The translations under genes and the position numbers were made by a program. From a virus (taxonomy: Duplodnaviria > Caudoviricetes), in the IMG/VR virus record IMGVR_UViG_3300025413_001239: 64,000 nt of DNA; one strand, 5' to 3'. The notes under the pieces are model-generated. The model did not search any database. It saw nothing but the letters and a program-made list of their open reading frames with translations, and had not been told where the DNA came from. This document shows positions 1-9,933 of this stretch, piece after piece (position 1 is the first letter of the stretch; every line of letters starts with the position of its first letter).

Positions 1-869
1 CCGTTTAATTTTTTTTCGGTAATTATTGTGTATTTTGGATTAATCTTTATTTCATCGGTAATATTGCTAGAATTTTCGTGGATTAAAATAAAAGGTTGTT
101 CAAAATTAGGGTTATAATATGTTTTAATGTCATCACCAAAATTATCACATTTAACTAATATTACATTTTCTTTAATTGAGTTATCGACTTCAACTAAATA
201 CTTTTCACCAATCATTTTAGTTTTAAAGTTATAAAATTCTAAATCGTTAATTAATTTTAAAAATAAATTAGAGTTTAATATTACTTTATTAGCTTCATGA
301 AAACATGTTTTATGTATTTGGGCTGAAATTTGGTTGATTTTTGTAATTAGAGTTTGATTCCAATCATATTGTGTATACTCTGTAACTTTATCAGTTACAT
401 TATGTCCTAAATAATCCCAACTTGTATTCCACGCTGGCATATATAATTCTTTGATTTTATTATTTTCGGATTCAACATAAAGTTCACAAAATAATTTGAT
501 TAGATTAGCCTCAACATCAACATCTTTATGGAAACTGTGTACATTATATGTGTGTGAATTTATACAATCATCAATTGCATATATAAATTGAAGCATTTTT
601 TCTTCAGTGAATTCAAATCGTTCATTTATAATTAATTCACTATCAATCTTATAAAGTGTGGATATTGCTGAAAAGGTTACAGTATCAGTTAATCTATTAT
701 TAATTCTAACATATTTATTTCTAAATAAATAAACTGCTAATTGCATAGCATTGGCTACTTTTTCTTTAAACGGTTCTTTAACATAATCAAGAAATCCAAT
801 TTTATCCCATCTTGTTAAAACGTCTAGTGATTCATCTATTATGTAATCACTGTTTACTAATATACTCAT
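1..869 (-). CDS. Shortened gp23-like major-capsid paralog (3' end runs off the window; absent from the ORF track)
   Basis: Hand translation from ATG at 869 is open to base 1 (289+ aa). Contains WDKIGFLD, FHKDVDVEANLIKLFCE and TQYDWNQTLITKINQISAQIHK, which I recognise as resembling conserved blocks of T4-like major capsid proteins. Confidence 0.55.
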   Translation of the reverse strand, partial: MSILVNSDYIIDESLDVLTRWDKIGFLDYVKEPFKEKVANAMQLAVYLFRNKYVRINNRLTDTVTFSAISTLYKIDSELIINERFEFTEEKMLQFIYAIDDCINSHTYNVHSFHKDVDVEANLIKLFCELYVESENNKIKELYMPAWNTSWDYLGHNVTDKVTEYTQYDWNQTLITKINQISAQIHKTCFHEANKVILNSNLFLKLINDLEFYNFKTKMIGEKYLVEVDNSIKENVILVKCDNFGDDIKTYYNPNFEQPFILIHENSSNITDEIKINPKYTIITEKKLN

Positions 870-976
870 AATTTTATAGTTTTATAGAAACCATAATAAT
901 TATAAAAAACTATAAAGTCAAGTAATTATTTACTTTTTATGAAAAATTCGGATATTTATTGTTAAACGTTAAAAAT

Positions 977-2164
977 ATGGTACGATTTAATTGGTCATTA
1001 AAAAATGACAAAATACTAACCGAAATTTATTCTAATAATATAAATAAAATAATTGCTGAAAAATTAGGGACTAGTGTAAGCTCTATTGAAAATAGGGCAT
1101 ACCGATTAGGCCTAAAAAAAGACGTTAATTTTATTAAAAATTTTAAAAGTAATCAGCTTATAAAATTGAACAAAATAAATGGTAGGGATTTAAGTGATGA
1201 GGTCTTAAAAGGTATAGCATTAAAATATAAAACTAAGGTTGAGTTTCAGAAAAAAGATTCTTCAGCATACAATACAGCAATTAAACGAGGTATTATAAAT
1301 AATATTTGCTCACACATGTTAAACATTAGTTACAGTATACCACAGCTAATATTAAAAAATTTGATGGATAAACTATTATGTTGTGATGGAATATACAATA
1401 CAAGAAAAATAATAAAACCATATGAAATTGATTTATATTATCCAAAGTTTAATTTGGCTTTTGAATATCAAGGTAAATTATGGCACACAGAAGATTATAA
1501 TAAAAATAGGGATATTGATAAATTGAAAAGTATAAATGAAAAATTGATAAATATAATTTACATTGTTGAAAATAATCGTAAATATGAGGACGACATAAAA
1601 AATCAAATAATTAATAATTTAGATAATATAAACAAAATATGCAATACTAAATTAACTAAAGAGAATGTATTGGAGTGTATAATTGATAATATATTTGACG
1701 AGTTATATAACAAAAATGAATTAATTTTAATAGCAAAAAAATATGAATCATTTAAAGTTTTTATAAAGGAACAGAAAGATGTTTATAATAAATTAAAAAA
1801 ATTAAAATTACATATTGTTGCAACATCACATATGTTAGATAAAAAAAATAAACATAACGAGATTGAAGTGATTAAAAAATTAGAAAAATATTCAAAGATT
1901 TCAGACTTAATTAAAAATGATTATGGATTATATCAATACATTAAAAGAAATAAATTGAATGAATTATTAATAAAGTTAGAAAACAAGAATAAGCAAATTG
2001 ATTTAACTATAACTGAAATAACTGAAATTATATCAAAGTACACATATAAATGTGATTTTATTAATAATAATAAATCAATTTATTCTTATTTAAAAAAACG
2101 AAGATTAACTAATTTATTTTCCAAACTTAAAAATTGTACTGGTTTTAAAAAAATTAAAAATTAA
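977..2164 (+). CDS. Free-standing Vsr/DUF559-like (PD-(D/E)xK) homing endonuclease with N-terminal HTH and helical repeats
   Basis: YEIDLYYPKFNLAFEYQGKLWH nuclease motif; IAEKLGTSVSSIENRAYRLGL HTH; ATG at 977 follows GATATTTATT (951-960). Confidence 0.7.
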   Translation: MVRFNWSLKNDKILTEIYSNNINKIIAEKLGTSVSSIENRAYRLGLKKDVNFIKNFKSNQLIKLNKINGRDLSDEVLKGIALKYKTKVEFQKKDSSAYNTAIKRGIINNICSHMLNISYSIPQLILKNLMDKLLCCDGIYNTRKIIKPYEIDLYYPKFNLAFEYQGKLWHTEDYNKNRDIDKLKSINEKLINIIYIVENNRKYEDDIKNQIINNLDNINKICNTKLTKENVLECIIDNIFDELYNKNELILIAKKYESFKVFIKEQKDVYNKLKKLKLHIVATSHMLDKKNKHNEIEVIKKLEKYSKISDLIKNDYGLYQYIKRNKLNELLIKLENKNKQIDLTITEITEIISKYTYKCDFINNNKSIYSYLKKRRLTNLFSKLKNCTGFKKIKN

Positions 2165-3001
2165 GTCTTTAATTTTAGTTATTTTATTTTTTTTAGGTTC
2201 GATTCTTATAGAGGTTATTTTATTAGTATCTTGTTTTATCTCATCTTTAAAAATATTAATAAAATAACTAGTTAGTCTATGTCTTACAATTTCGTCTTCA
2301 TTAAACTCAATAATTCCTATACCAATCATTGGATTTAATTTAACTTTTTTCGCAAAATATGCTAATGAACTATTTCGTTTGTTTTTAATATCAATTTGTT
2401 CTGGGTCACCTAATAAAACAATTTTAGCGTTTTCTGATAATCTAGTAAGAATTGTTTTTAAATTATCTTTTGATATGTTTTGAACCTCATCAACAATGAC
2501 TATTGTGTTAGATAAGTCTCGGCCTCTTAATGAGCCAATTACACCAAAATTTATATATTTAGAATTAATTAAATCACCAGTATTTTTTTCGCCAATTAAT
2601 TTAACTAATGAATCAATGAAGGACATATTTTGAAAATACATCTTTTCCATGGCATCACCAGGTAATGCTGGTAACATTTCATCGTTAAGCTGGGTAATTG
2701 ACTTCAATAATAAAATACTCTCAAATTTATTATTTGATTTTAATAAATTTAAAGTTGCGGATAAAGATGTTATTGATTTACCAGTACCAGCTGGTCCAAT
2801 GCAAACAGTTACATCATTATTTTCAATTGATTTAACTAAGTCTTTTTGTGTTTTGTTTTTACACTTAAACGGACCGTGAAAGTTTATTAATTGGTTTAGG
2901 TCTGATTTAGGTGTTGTGTTTACTAAAGATTCAGATATTTCAAATGTTGAATCGTCTTTTCTTTTAGGTCTTGGTTTTCTTTCTGATGGCTTTTTATTCA
3001 T
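2114..3001 (-). CDS. phoH: PhoH-family ATPase
   Basis: IGPAGTGKS Walker A, LRGRDL, IVDEVQN, LLGDPEQID, IVRH motifs. Confidence 0.93.
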   Translation of the reverse strand: MNKKPSERKPRPKRKDDSTFEISESLVNTTPKSDLNQLINFHGPFKCKNKTQKDLVKSIENNDVTVCIGPAGTGKSITSLSATLNLLKSNNKFESILLLKSITQLNDEMLPALPGDAMEKMYFQNMSFIDSLVKLIGEKNTGDLINSKYINFGVIGSLRGRDLSNTIVIVDEVQNISKDNLKTILTRLSENAKIVLLGDPEQIDIKNKRNSSLAYFAKKVKLNPMIGIGIIEFNEDEIVRHRLTSYFINIFKDEIKQDTNKITSIRIEPKKNKITKIKDLIFNFFKTSTIFKFGK

Positions 3002-3020
3002 GCAGTTTTATTATAAATAT

Positions 3021-4592
3021 CTATATGTTTATCTTATTAAAATAATCTTTCCAATAATTATAAGTTTTATAATCATTAGGGGTACCCCAGCAAATATAGT
3101 TTTCAACTTCAAATACTTTAACTTTTAAACCAGATTTTATATTTTGATTTAACACATCATCAACGTAAAATTCATTATTTGTTCTAATATTTTCTAAATA
3201 GTTAGCTTTTAAACCATCAATAAAGTATTTTGCCTTTCTAAAAAACATTGTACCTATAATTGCATGCGTTGTTAATGGGTTATCATAGATAAATTTCTTA
3301 CATGAAACATGCTTGATACAATTATTACCATCAACGTCCAACCAAGCGTATGCATTAGGATTTGTTTTACTAGCTTGATTGTTCCTAAACGACCAAACTA
3401 TTATATCAATAGATTCATCATTAATTAACTCTAAATATTTTTTATTATCATAATACACTCCATTATCACAGGCTGAAATTTGAATAGGTGATTCTAAGTC
3501 TATATTATTTTCAATTACACCTATTTCACTCGTACATGCTTGACCTTCAGTTACTTTATCTATTGTCGTGATATTTGTGTTAGGGTAATATTCTTTTAAG
3601 ATATTATCGATACCAAATTCATCAACATGATTTTTTAAACAAACAAAAACATTATTATCACATTTTGGTATTGAATCAACCGCTTGAATAATCATTGGTT
3701 TCCCATCAACATTTATGAGTGGTTTAGGACTTTCATAACCCTCCTCCTGAAATCTTTTACCCATACCAGCCATGGGTAAAATTAAAGTGGTATTTTTTGG
3801 GTTTTTAACGTTTTCTTTTTTGTTTTTTATATTTGAAAAATAACTAGACCAAGATTTATAATTTTCCAAATCATATGGTGTACCCCATTGTAGCATATTT
3901 TCTATTAAAAAAGTTGATACACGCAGGTTATCATTTATCATTAAATTATAGACTAAACTTACATAGAATTCATTATTAACTGAATGGTTTAATTCAACTA
4001 ATTTTTTAAAGTATTTCTTAACGATTTCACCATTTTTAAAATAATATGTCCCATTAGATGCTAACTCTAACATCTTATCATTTGTGAATGGTTTTTTTTC
4101 TTGTATTTTTACAGCTTTATCACCATCCATTTTTACAAAGGCGTAATTATCAGAACCTAACATATGCGGATGAAAACCAGTATAACATGCTATGGCACCA
4201 TCTGAGTTTGAATTTCTTGTATCAGTTAAGAATTTTTCATAATCCCAATAAGTACCATAATCACAGTAACTAACAATAATCTCTTTATTGTTCTTAATAT
4301 GGTCACTTATTGATAACACAGCATCCACTGGACCTCTTCTATTTTCATTTGGTACTTGAATTATCTTACAATTTGGTGAGATTCGTTTTAGTACCAAAGC
4401 CATATTAGTTGATAGAATGTGAATTTCATTACAGATGAATATTACATCATCAGGTTTACCAAAAAGATTTACAACATGTTCAATTATCGGTAACCCATCA
4501 ACTTCAATAAGTGGCTTAGGGTCTTCATAACCAGCATCAATAAAACGTTTACCTATACCAGACATAGGTATGATTAATTGTATATTATTCAT
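3021..4592 (-). CDS. Tandem two-domain sugar nucleotidyltransferase (BcbE-like)
   Basis: Two copies of PM[SA]G.GKRF...GY..PKPLI.VDG.P and two [QC]WGTP.D motifs. Confidence 0.8.
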   Translation of the reverse strand: MNNIQLIIPMSGIGKRFIDAGYEDPKPLIEVDGLPIIEHVVNLFGKPDDVIFICNEIHILSTNMALVLKRISPNCKIIQVPNENRRGPVDAVLSISDHIKNNKEIIVSYCDYGTYWDYEKFLTDTRNSNSDGAIACYTGFHPHMLGSDNYAFVKMDGDKAVKIQEKKPFTNDKMLELASNGTYYFKNGEIVKKYFKKLVELNHSVNNEFYVSLVYNLMINDNLRVSTFLIENMLQWGTPYDLENYKSWSSYFSNIKNKKENVKNPKNTTLILPMAGMGKRFQEEGYESPKPLINVDGKPMIIQAVDSIPKCDNNVFVCLKNHVDEFGIDNILKEYYPNTNITTIDKVTEGQACTSEIGVIENNIDLESPIQISACDNGVYYDNKKYLELINDESIDIIVWSFRNNQASKTNPNAYAWLDVDGNNCIKHVSCKKFIYDNPLTTHAIIGTMFFRKAKYFIDGLKANYLENIRTNNEFYVDDVLNQNIKSGLKVKVFEVENYICWGTPNDYKTYNYWKDYFNKINI

Positions 4593-5445
4593 TTTTATTT
4601 AAATTTTCAATTTTATTTTTTAAATTGTTAATATAATCATCATAGGTATAATGTAAATTTATATTTTTGTTTATATGTTTAAAATTATGCTCTTTGTATT
4701 GATGAAAATGGTTGTCATCTTCGTATTTAACACCTAAAATATTTTCAGAAAAAAATAAACATATCGTTCTAATACCGCTAAAAGATAATAATATATTTAA
4801 ATCACCTTTATTAATAATTTCAAAAGAGTTTAATAATTCAATTAGGTTATTATTTTCTTCACTATTATCAATGGTGTAATCTATTATATTATTTAAAATT
4901 TTTATATCATTATAAATTGAAAATGTGTCTAGCTTGTCATATTCAGCACAATATTTTATTTTTCTCTCACCTAATAAAATTATAGTTCCAGAATATTTTT
5001 TTAAAGTTTCTAAAAAAATATTTGAATATTTTTCATACATACTTTTACCGAAATATTGGTTATCTCTTAATGATAGTACTTTAGTGTGAACGGTTATAAA
5101 ATTCTTAGGCAATTCTAATTTATTAGTTATTAAATCTTCCCTTATTTTAAAAATAATTTCTTTATTGTAATCAACACATAGTTTATTTGATGATATTAAT
5201 GTATAATCTTGGTTGTTTGTTATAATTATTCGTTCATCATTAAAAATATATTTCATTATTATATAATATTTTTCTTTAAATGTGTTAATATCATAAGTGT
5301 CCCTACAATTTTTCAAGGTAATTTCACATATTGAGACATGTATTTCATCAAAAGTTTTATCGTTTAATAATTGCTTGAATATATTATCCAATTTTAATAT
5401 CTCTTCAATTCCAAATAACGTTTTTATTTTTAAAATATTATTCAT
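4585..5445 (-). CDS. Hypothetical protein, possibly glycosyltransferase-like
   Basis: 286-aa ORF overlapping both neighbours in the glycosylation island; FITVHTKV and IILLGER segments. Confidence 0.4.
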   Translation of the reverse strand: MNNILKIKTLFGIEEILKLDNIFKQLLNDKTFDEIHVSICEITLKNCRDTYDINTFKEKYYIIMKYIFNDERIIITNNQDYTLISSNKLCVDYNKEIIFKIREDLITNKLELPKNFITVHTKVLSLRDNQYFGKSMYEKYSNIFLETLKKYSGTIILLGERKIKYCAEYDKLDTFSIYNDIKILNNIIDYTIDNSEENNNLIELLNSFEIINKGDLNILLSFSGIRTICLFFSENILGVKYEDDNHFHQYKEHNFKHINKNINLHYTYDDYINNLKNKIENLNKNE

Positions 5446-5891
5446 TTGATAGAGTTTACAAAATCAGTACACACAGCATATGGTGTCTTATTATTATCGT
5501 ATTTTTCAATATCTTGTTCTGATAAAAGAGGTATAACGCATTTATCATCAATTTTACCACTTAAATCATGAACCCAAAGATACCCATTGTTTGTACATAC
5601 ATAAGAATCATTCGTATGACAAAAGAAGTTATAACCATTTAATTTTGCTAATTCTAAAGCTGAATCAATATCTTTACAATGGAACCAGAGCATTTCTTTT
5701 CTTGGCTCCATCCAAGATAATTCTATTTTATATTGTGCAAAATCATGACCTAACCAGAATTCATTATTTACATATCTTAAATCAACCTCAACATCATACC
5801 CTAATTGTATTGCTGAATCGATATAAGATGGTCTATTTTCTTTTTCTATTACTGGGCCGCATATATTACCCCTATGTGATATTATTTTCAT
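5442..5891 (-). CDS. PLC-like / glycerophosphodiester phosphodiesterase-like protein
   Basis: IISHRGN start, EN..SYI..AI..GYDVEVDL, LGHD, WFHCKD motifs. Confidence 0.75.
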   Translation of the reverse strand: MKIISHRGNICGPVIEKENRPSYIDSAIQLGYDVEVDLRYVNNEFWLGHDFAQYKIELSWMEPRKEMLWFHCKDIDSALELAKLNGYNFFCHTNDSYVCTNNGYLWVHDLSGKIDDKCVIPLLSEQDIEKYDNNKTPYAVCTDFVNSIK

Positions 5892-5895
5892 AAAT

Positions 5896-6795
5896 TTAAA
5901 ATATAAAATTCCAGTTATTTAATCTTGGCTCATCCATCATCTTCCATGCTGAATCTAACATCATGTTAGGTACCGCCCAATGTCTATCTCGTAAATTGAT
6001 ATGGAAATTAATTACACCAGAATAGTTAAAAATACCCTTATACTGTGAATGGTAGAAGAAATTAACATTATTACCTTCGATAAAATGTATTTCTTTTGCA
6101 CCTTCAACTAATAAGGATAATTCACCAATACATGTTGAGAGGTTGCTTACATTTATTATCGGTAGTTGACTGTTTATACGGGCTGAAATATTAGTACCAA
6201 TCGGGTCGTTAATTATAATATAATCACCAGTAATATTACTTCGTGATAATATGGTATTCTTTATTTCTAACTCTTTTTCATAATTTCTAATGTAATTAAA
6301 AAAATCCATTCTAACACTATTATTTAAACCAACTAATTCATAATAAAGTTTATGATTTGTTGTTAATATTGTGTTTGGTAAGTGTTTATTCGGTTTACAT
6401 AAGTATTTTTCATCAATATCTAATTTATTATATAATGGGTTTAAGTCATTAAAATAATATTCTTTATTAACATTTTCTAAATCGTAAAAATTAAACTGGG
6501 CCTTATCCCAACCAGCTGTTAAGGTATTACAAATATCGTATTCACCAAACGTACCATTGTTTATTAATTCTTCTGGTCTATTGGCAATAAAAAGCCTTTT
6601 GTTAAATAGTGGCTCATTCTCAAAGTAAGCGGCATAATATCTTTTTAAATAATCTCGATTATCATTATTATAACCTTTAAAAAGATATAGGTATACATTC
6701 TCATAATGACTTAATAAAAAGTAATATAAACTGATTACAGATAAAGTATCACCATATGTATAACATGGTGGTATTAAAATTATATTTTTTCTCAT
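5896..6795 (-). CDS. Hypothetical protein, possibly glycosyltransferase-like
   Basis: 299-aa ORF; N-terminal GDTLSV and C-terminal LVEGAKEIHFIEG resemble GT-B-type loops; island context. Confidence 0.35.
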   Translation of the reverse strand: MRKNIILIPPCYTYGDTLSVISLYYFLLSHYENVYLYLFKGYNNDNRDYLKRYYAAYFENEPLFNKRLFIANRPEELINNGTFGEYDICNTLTAGWDKAQFNFYDLENVNKEYYFNDLNPLYNKLDIDEKYLCKPNKHLPNTILTTNHKLYYELVGLNNSVRMDFFNYIRNYEKELEIKNTILSRSNITGDYIIINDPIGTNISARINSQLPIINVSNLSTCIGELSLLVEGAKEIHFIEGNNVNFFYHSQYKGIFNYSGVINFHINLRDRHWAVPNMMLDSAWKMMDEPRLNNWNFIF

Positions 6796-7094
6796 TTTAT
6801 TTCTTCAATTCTTAAAGTTTTATCATCAATAAACAAATCATAATATGGCTTATCAACTCTTAATTCGTGGAATTTTGCACCCCACTCATTTAATTGAGCA
6901 AAGGTAACATCGTACCAATTTATTTGTTTCCTACTACCTCTGGATGTCCAATATACAATTGTATTTCCGTCCTCATATAGTTTATTTATTTTTTCTATAT
7001 TTTCAAGAATAGGTATTGCTAATTTATAATCCCTAGTCTTAGGTGATATACAGATTGTTTCATCTATGTCTACGTAAATTACTCTTTTTCTCAT
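6792..7094 (-). CDS. Small HAD-family phosphatase (BcbF/capsule-biosynthesis type)
   Basis: YVDIDETIC (DxD motif I), WTSRG, KP.YDLFIDDK. Confidence 0.82.
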   Translation of the reverse strand: MRKRVIYVDIDETICISPKTRDYKLAIPILENIEKINKLYEDGNTIVYWTSRGSRKQINWYDVTFAQLNEWGAKFHELRVDKPYYDLFIDDKTLRIEEIK

Positions 7095-7807
7095 ATCATG
7101 ATAATATTTTCATTAATCTCACCAAATTGAACATTAAATTCAGAGTTAAATCTGACGAATTCGTTAGGTTGATTTTCTTCGGTTATATTCATATATTTTA
7201 AATAATGTGTCTCATAATTTACACCACCATTTCTTGAGACATCATATAAATGACCAATATTGTTTTGAGTATAATCACAAACACAATGTATTTTAAAATT
7301 TAAATTGGGGTACTTTGCTTTAATTATTTCGGATAATTCTAACGGTACTGAATTATATCTAACTAAGACAAAATTGATGAAATCACAGGACTCTATATAT
7401 TGTCTAAAATTATTAATTCTATTAGTGTATCTTTCTATAAATTTTTCAAAATTATTATCCACAAAGTGATATGGGCTTGACCATCTTTCATTTAAATAAA
7501 GATTACCATGAAAAGGTGCCTCATGATTAAATACAAAATTGTAATATGTGTTATAAATCCACATTTCATTTTCTTTTTGATTTGGGATATATTTTAACAT
7601 ATCTGGTGCTGGTCTTAATTCTAAATAATTAAGGTCACAAAAGTATTTAAAATCATCATCGATACATTTACAAATACCAATATAATTTGTAATCATCAAA
7701 TCAAAGGGGCATGTATTATACCCGTTACTTTTTACATTTCGTAAATTCAACCTTAATGCATCTTGTGCAGCTGAACAATTCCAACCTAAACCTATTCCTT
7801 CAATCAT
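7091..7807 (-). CDS. DUF1796-like putative papain-type cysteine peptidase
   Basis: GLGWNCSAA, CPFDLM, FNHE, RYTNRINNF pattern. Confidence 0.6.
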   Translation of the reverse strand: MIEGIGLGWNCSAAQDALRLNLRNVKSNGYNTCPFDLMITNYIGICKCIDDDFKYFCDLNYLELRPAPDMLKYIPNQKENEMWIYNTYYNFVFNHEAPFHGNLYLNERWSSPYHFVDNNFEKFIERYTNRINNFRQYIESCDFINFVLVRYNSVPLELSEIIKAKYPNLNFKIHCVCDYTQNNIGHLYDVSRNGGVNYETHYLKYMNITEENQPNEFVRFNSEFNVQFGEINENIIMI

Positions 7808-8463
7808 AATAATTGTTTTCTATATTTTTCTTTATTATCAGTAATTAATTCATCGATTTGCTCATCCGTTAAAAATATTGTATTACCTAGTGCTATAGTA
7901 CCTAAAAATATTTCAGCCGCTTTTTCACAAATATCAGAAATTATAATACATTCATCAATTGATTTTCCACATGCAATTATACCATGATTTTTTAATAAAA
8001 TCAAGTTTGGAAAATAATTATTTTCCAACATAAAATTATTAATTGATTGATTGATAGTGTTATTTAAATTGTTACCTGGTTTTGAGTACGGAACTAAGCA
8101 CGATTTTTTATTATTAAATATAACTTGGTCTGGAAATAATCTACAAGTAGAAAACTTTTCAGCATAATCAGTACAAAGAATTTTTAATGTATTCGAAGGG
8201 TGTGTATGTGCAATAAAGTTTATCCCATCTTTTTTAAGTAATGATAAATGGAATCCTAATTCCATACTACCTTTTTTGGTAAAATTGTCTAATTGTTCAC
8301 CATTGAAATTAAAAAATACTAAATCATCTTGAGTTAACCTATTTAATTTGGCACCGCTGGCTTTTATAGCTATTTTAGAATCTTTTTTACCTGAGATATT
8401 ACCTTCCATTCCGACACAATATTTTGAAACACTTTTAGATAATTTTATTAATTCATTAACCAT
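7804..8463 (-). CDS. Class II aldolase/adducin family (fuculose-1-P aldolase / ribulose-5-P 4-epimerase-like)
   Basis: EGNISG, IKASG, SMELGFH, AHTHP and LLKNHGII metal-binding motifs. Confidence 0.85.
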   Translation of the reverse strand: MVNELIKLSKSVSKYCVGMEGNISGKKDSKIAIKASGAKLNRLTQDDLVFFNFNGEQLDNFTKKGSMELGFHLSLLKKDGINFIAHTHPSNTLKILCTDYAEKFSTCRLFPDQVIFNNKKSCLVPYSKPGNNLNNTINQSINNFMLENNYFPNLILLKNHGIIACGKSIDECIIISDICEKAAEIFLGTIALGNTIFLTDEQIDELITDNKEKYRKQLL

Positions 8464-8472
8464 ATTTTTTAT

Positions 8473-9933
8473 TTAATTAATGTTCAATATAACAAATAAT
8501 ATATAATCGTAAAGACTATTTGTTGTTGGGATGCGTTCATTATTTAAGTTATTAACTTTTTGATATTCCGTAAATATTAATTTGTTAAAATTTACAACAT
8601 TACTAATTTGATAATTAATACCACGTTTTGTTAACTCATTTAGAATGTTATTAATATTTATATCAGACCTTATTGACAGTTCCAAATTAATTTTAACATC
8701 TTGCTGTAAATCATTAAAATCAATTTCATCATGAGTAAAAAATCTAATGATTAAGTCAGCATTATTTTTTTGAGGTTCAATAAATTCTTTAAAATCTAAT
8801 TGTCGTTTTTCAATACTAGTTAAAACTTTATCAATTGAATATCCACGTTCTTTAACATCACGTATGATTTTCCATTTCTTTTTTAAATTGTCATCAGTAT
8901 CCATATATATTTTTAAATTATACGGTATATCATTATCTAAATTTGGGTCATGATATAAACTATGTAACCCACAGACTATTAAATTATTTGAAGGGTTAAT
9001 CAATTGTTTTTCAGTAAATTTACCAGTATGATGGTCATAATCAACTTGATAAATATCATTACCAACTTTTAAGTTAAAAATGTCTTCTTTCATCTTGGTG
9101 ATAAAATTAGCATTCGGATTTAAATGAGTAACTTTATCCCAATTTTCATTATTACGTTCCCATTTATGGTATCTATCACACTCCAATTTAAATGAATCTG
9201 TAAACGTATTCATTAGTAAATTGCTAAGCGTTGATTTACCAGAACCAGAATCACCACATATTGCAAAAACATTACATTTTGAAAGAATAAAGCTATAATC
9301 AATATCCACCAGTTTATATTTAATATCATAAGCAGTTAAATATTCGAATAAAATAGTTTCCGACACATAACCATATTTTTCAATTAAACTATTAATATTA
9401 ACATGTATGTCAAAATATTTATCCATGTTTTCAGAATTACCATACGCTATGGCATCACAAATGTAATTATCGTTAATGTTAATTAATTTAGTTTTATCAA
9501 TTTTACTATCACTAGGTATTAAAATAAATTCGTCAGTATTAAGCGTGAAGAAATTTTTACTTTTTATTGAAAGGTCTGGCCGATACCTGATGACTAAATC
9601 ATATTTTTCACCAACTGAATACTCGTTAATCTTTTTAATTTGATTAAGTTTGTAGAGTTTACCCCAATGATTTAATGTATTATTAGTTCGTTTATTATCA
9701 CTATATAAGATATTATTTTCAATCATTACTAAAAATGGGTTTAATTTTTGTGTTATTTCTTCAATATCACAATCATTAATTTGATTGAAGTATTTATCTT
9801 CGGAGCTTTCGTTTTTAGTTATATGTAAATATACATCAACATGTTTAAATTTATTTAAGATTTCAGCCCTAATAAAATCAATATTTTCCTTATAATTTCT
9901 TAAGTATCCAGCAATCAATAAAGCTACTTTCAT
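8473..9933 (-). CDS. Fusion: N-terminal glycosyltransferase-like domain + C-terminal phosphoribulokinase/uridine kinase-family domain
   Basis: MKVALLIAG.LR, YDLVIRYRPD (GT-like); CGDSGSGKST, DRYHKWER, YDHHTGKF, KWKIIRDVKERGYS, EFIEPQKNNAD (PRK-like). Confidence 0.75.
   Translation of the reverse strand: MKVALLIAGYLRNYKENIDFIRAEILNKFKHVDVYLHITKNESSEDKYFNQINDCDIEEITQKLNPFLVMIENNILYSDNKRTNNTLNHWGKLYKLNQIKKINEYSVGEKYDLVIRYRPDLSIKSKNFFTLNTDEFILIPSDSKIDKTKLININDNYICDAIAYGNSENMDKYFDIHVNINSLIEKYGYVSETILFEYLTAYDIKYKLVDIDYSFILSKCNVFAICGDSGSGKSTLSNLLMNTFTDSFKLECDRYHKWERNNENWDKVTHLNPNANFITKMKEDIFNLKVGNDIYQVDYDHHTGKFTEKQLINPSNNLIVCGLHSLYHDPNLDNDIPYNLKIYMDTDDNLKKKWKIIRDVKERGYSIDKVLTSIEKRQLDFKEFIEPQKNNADLIIRFFTHDEIDFNDLQQDVKINLELSIRSDININNILNELTKRGINYQISNVVNFNKLIFTEYQKVNNLNNERIPTTNSLYDYILFVILNIN

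Noticed and set aside
8473-9280. Phosphoribulokinase as a Calvin-cycle auxiliary metabolic gene
   Set aside because: It is fused to a GT-like domain inside a glycosylation operon, no RuBisCO or CP12 is in the window, and the promoters point to a Bacteroidota host.
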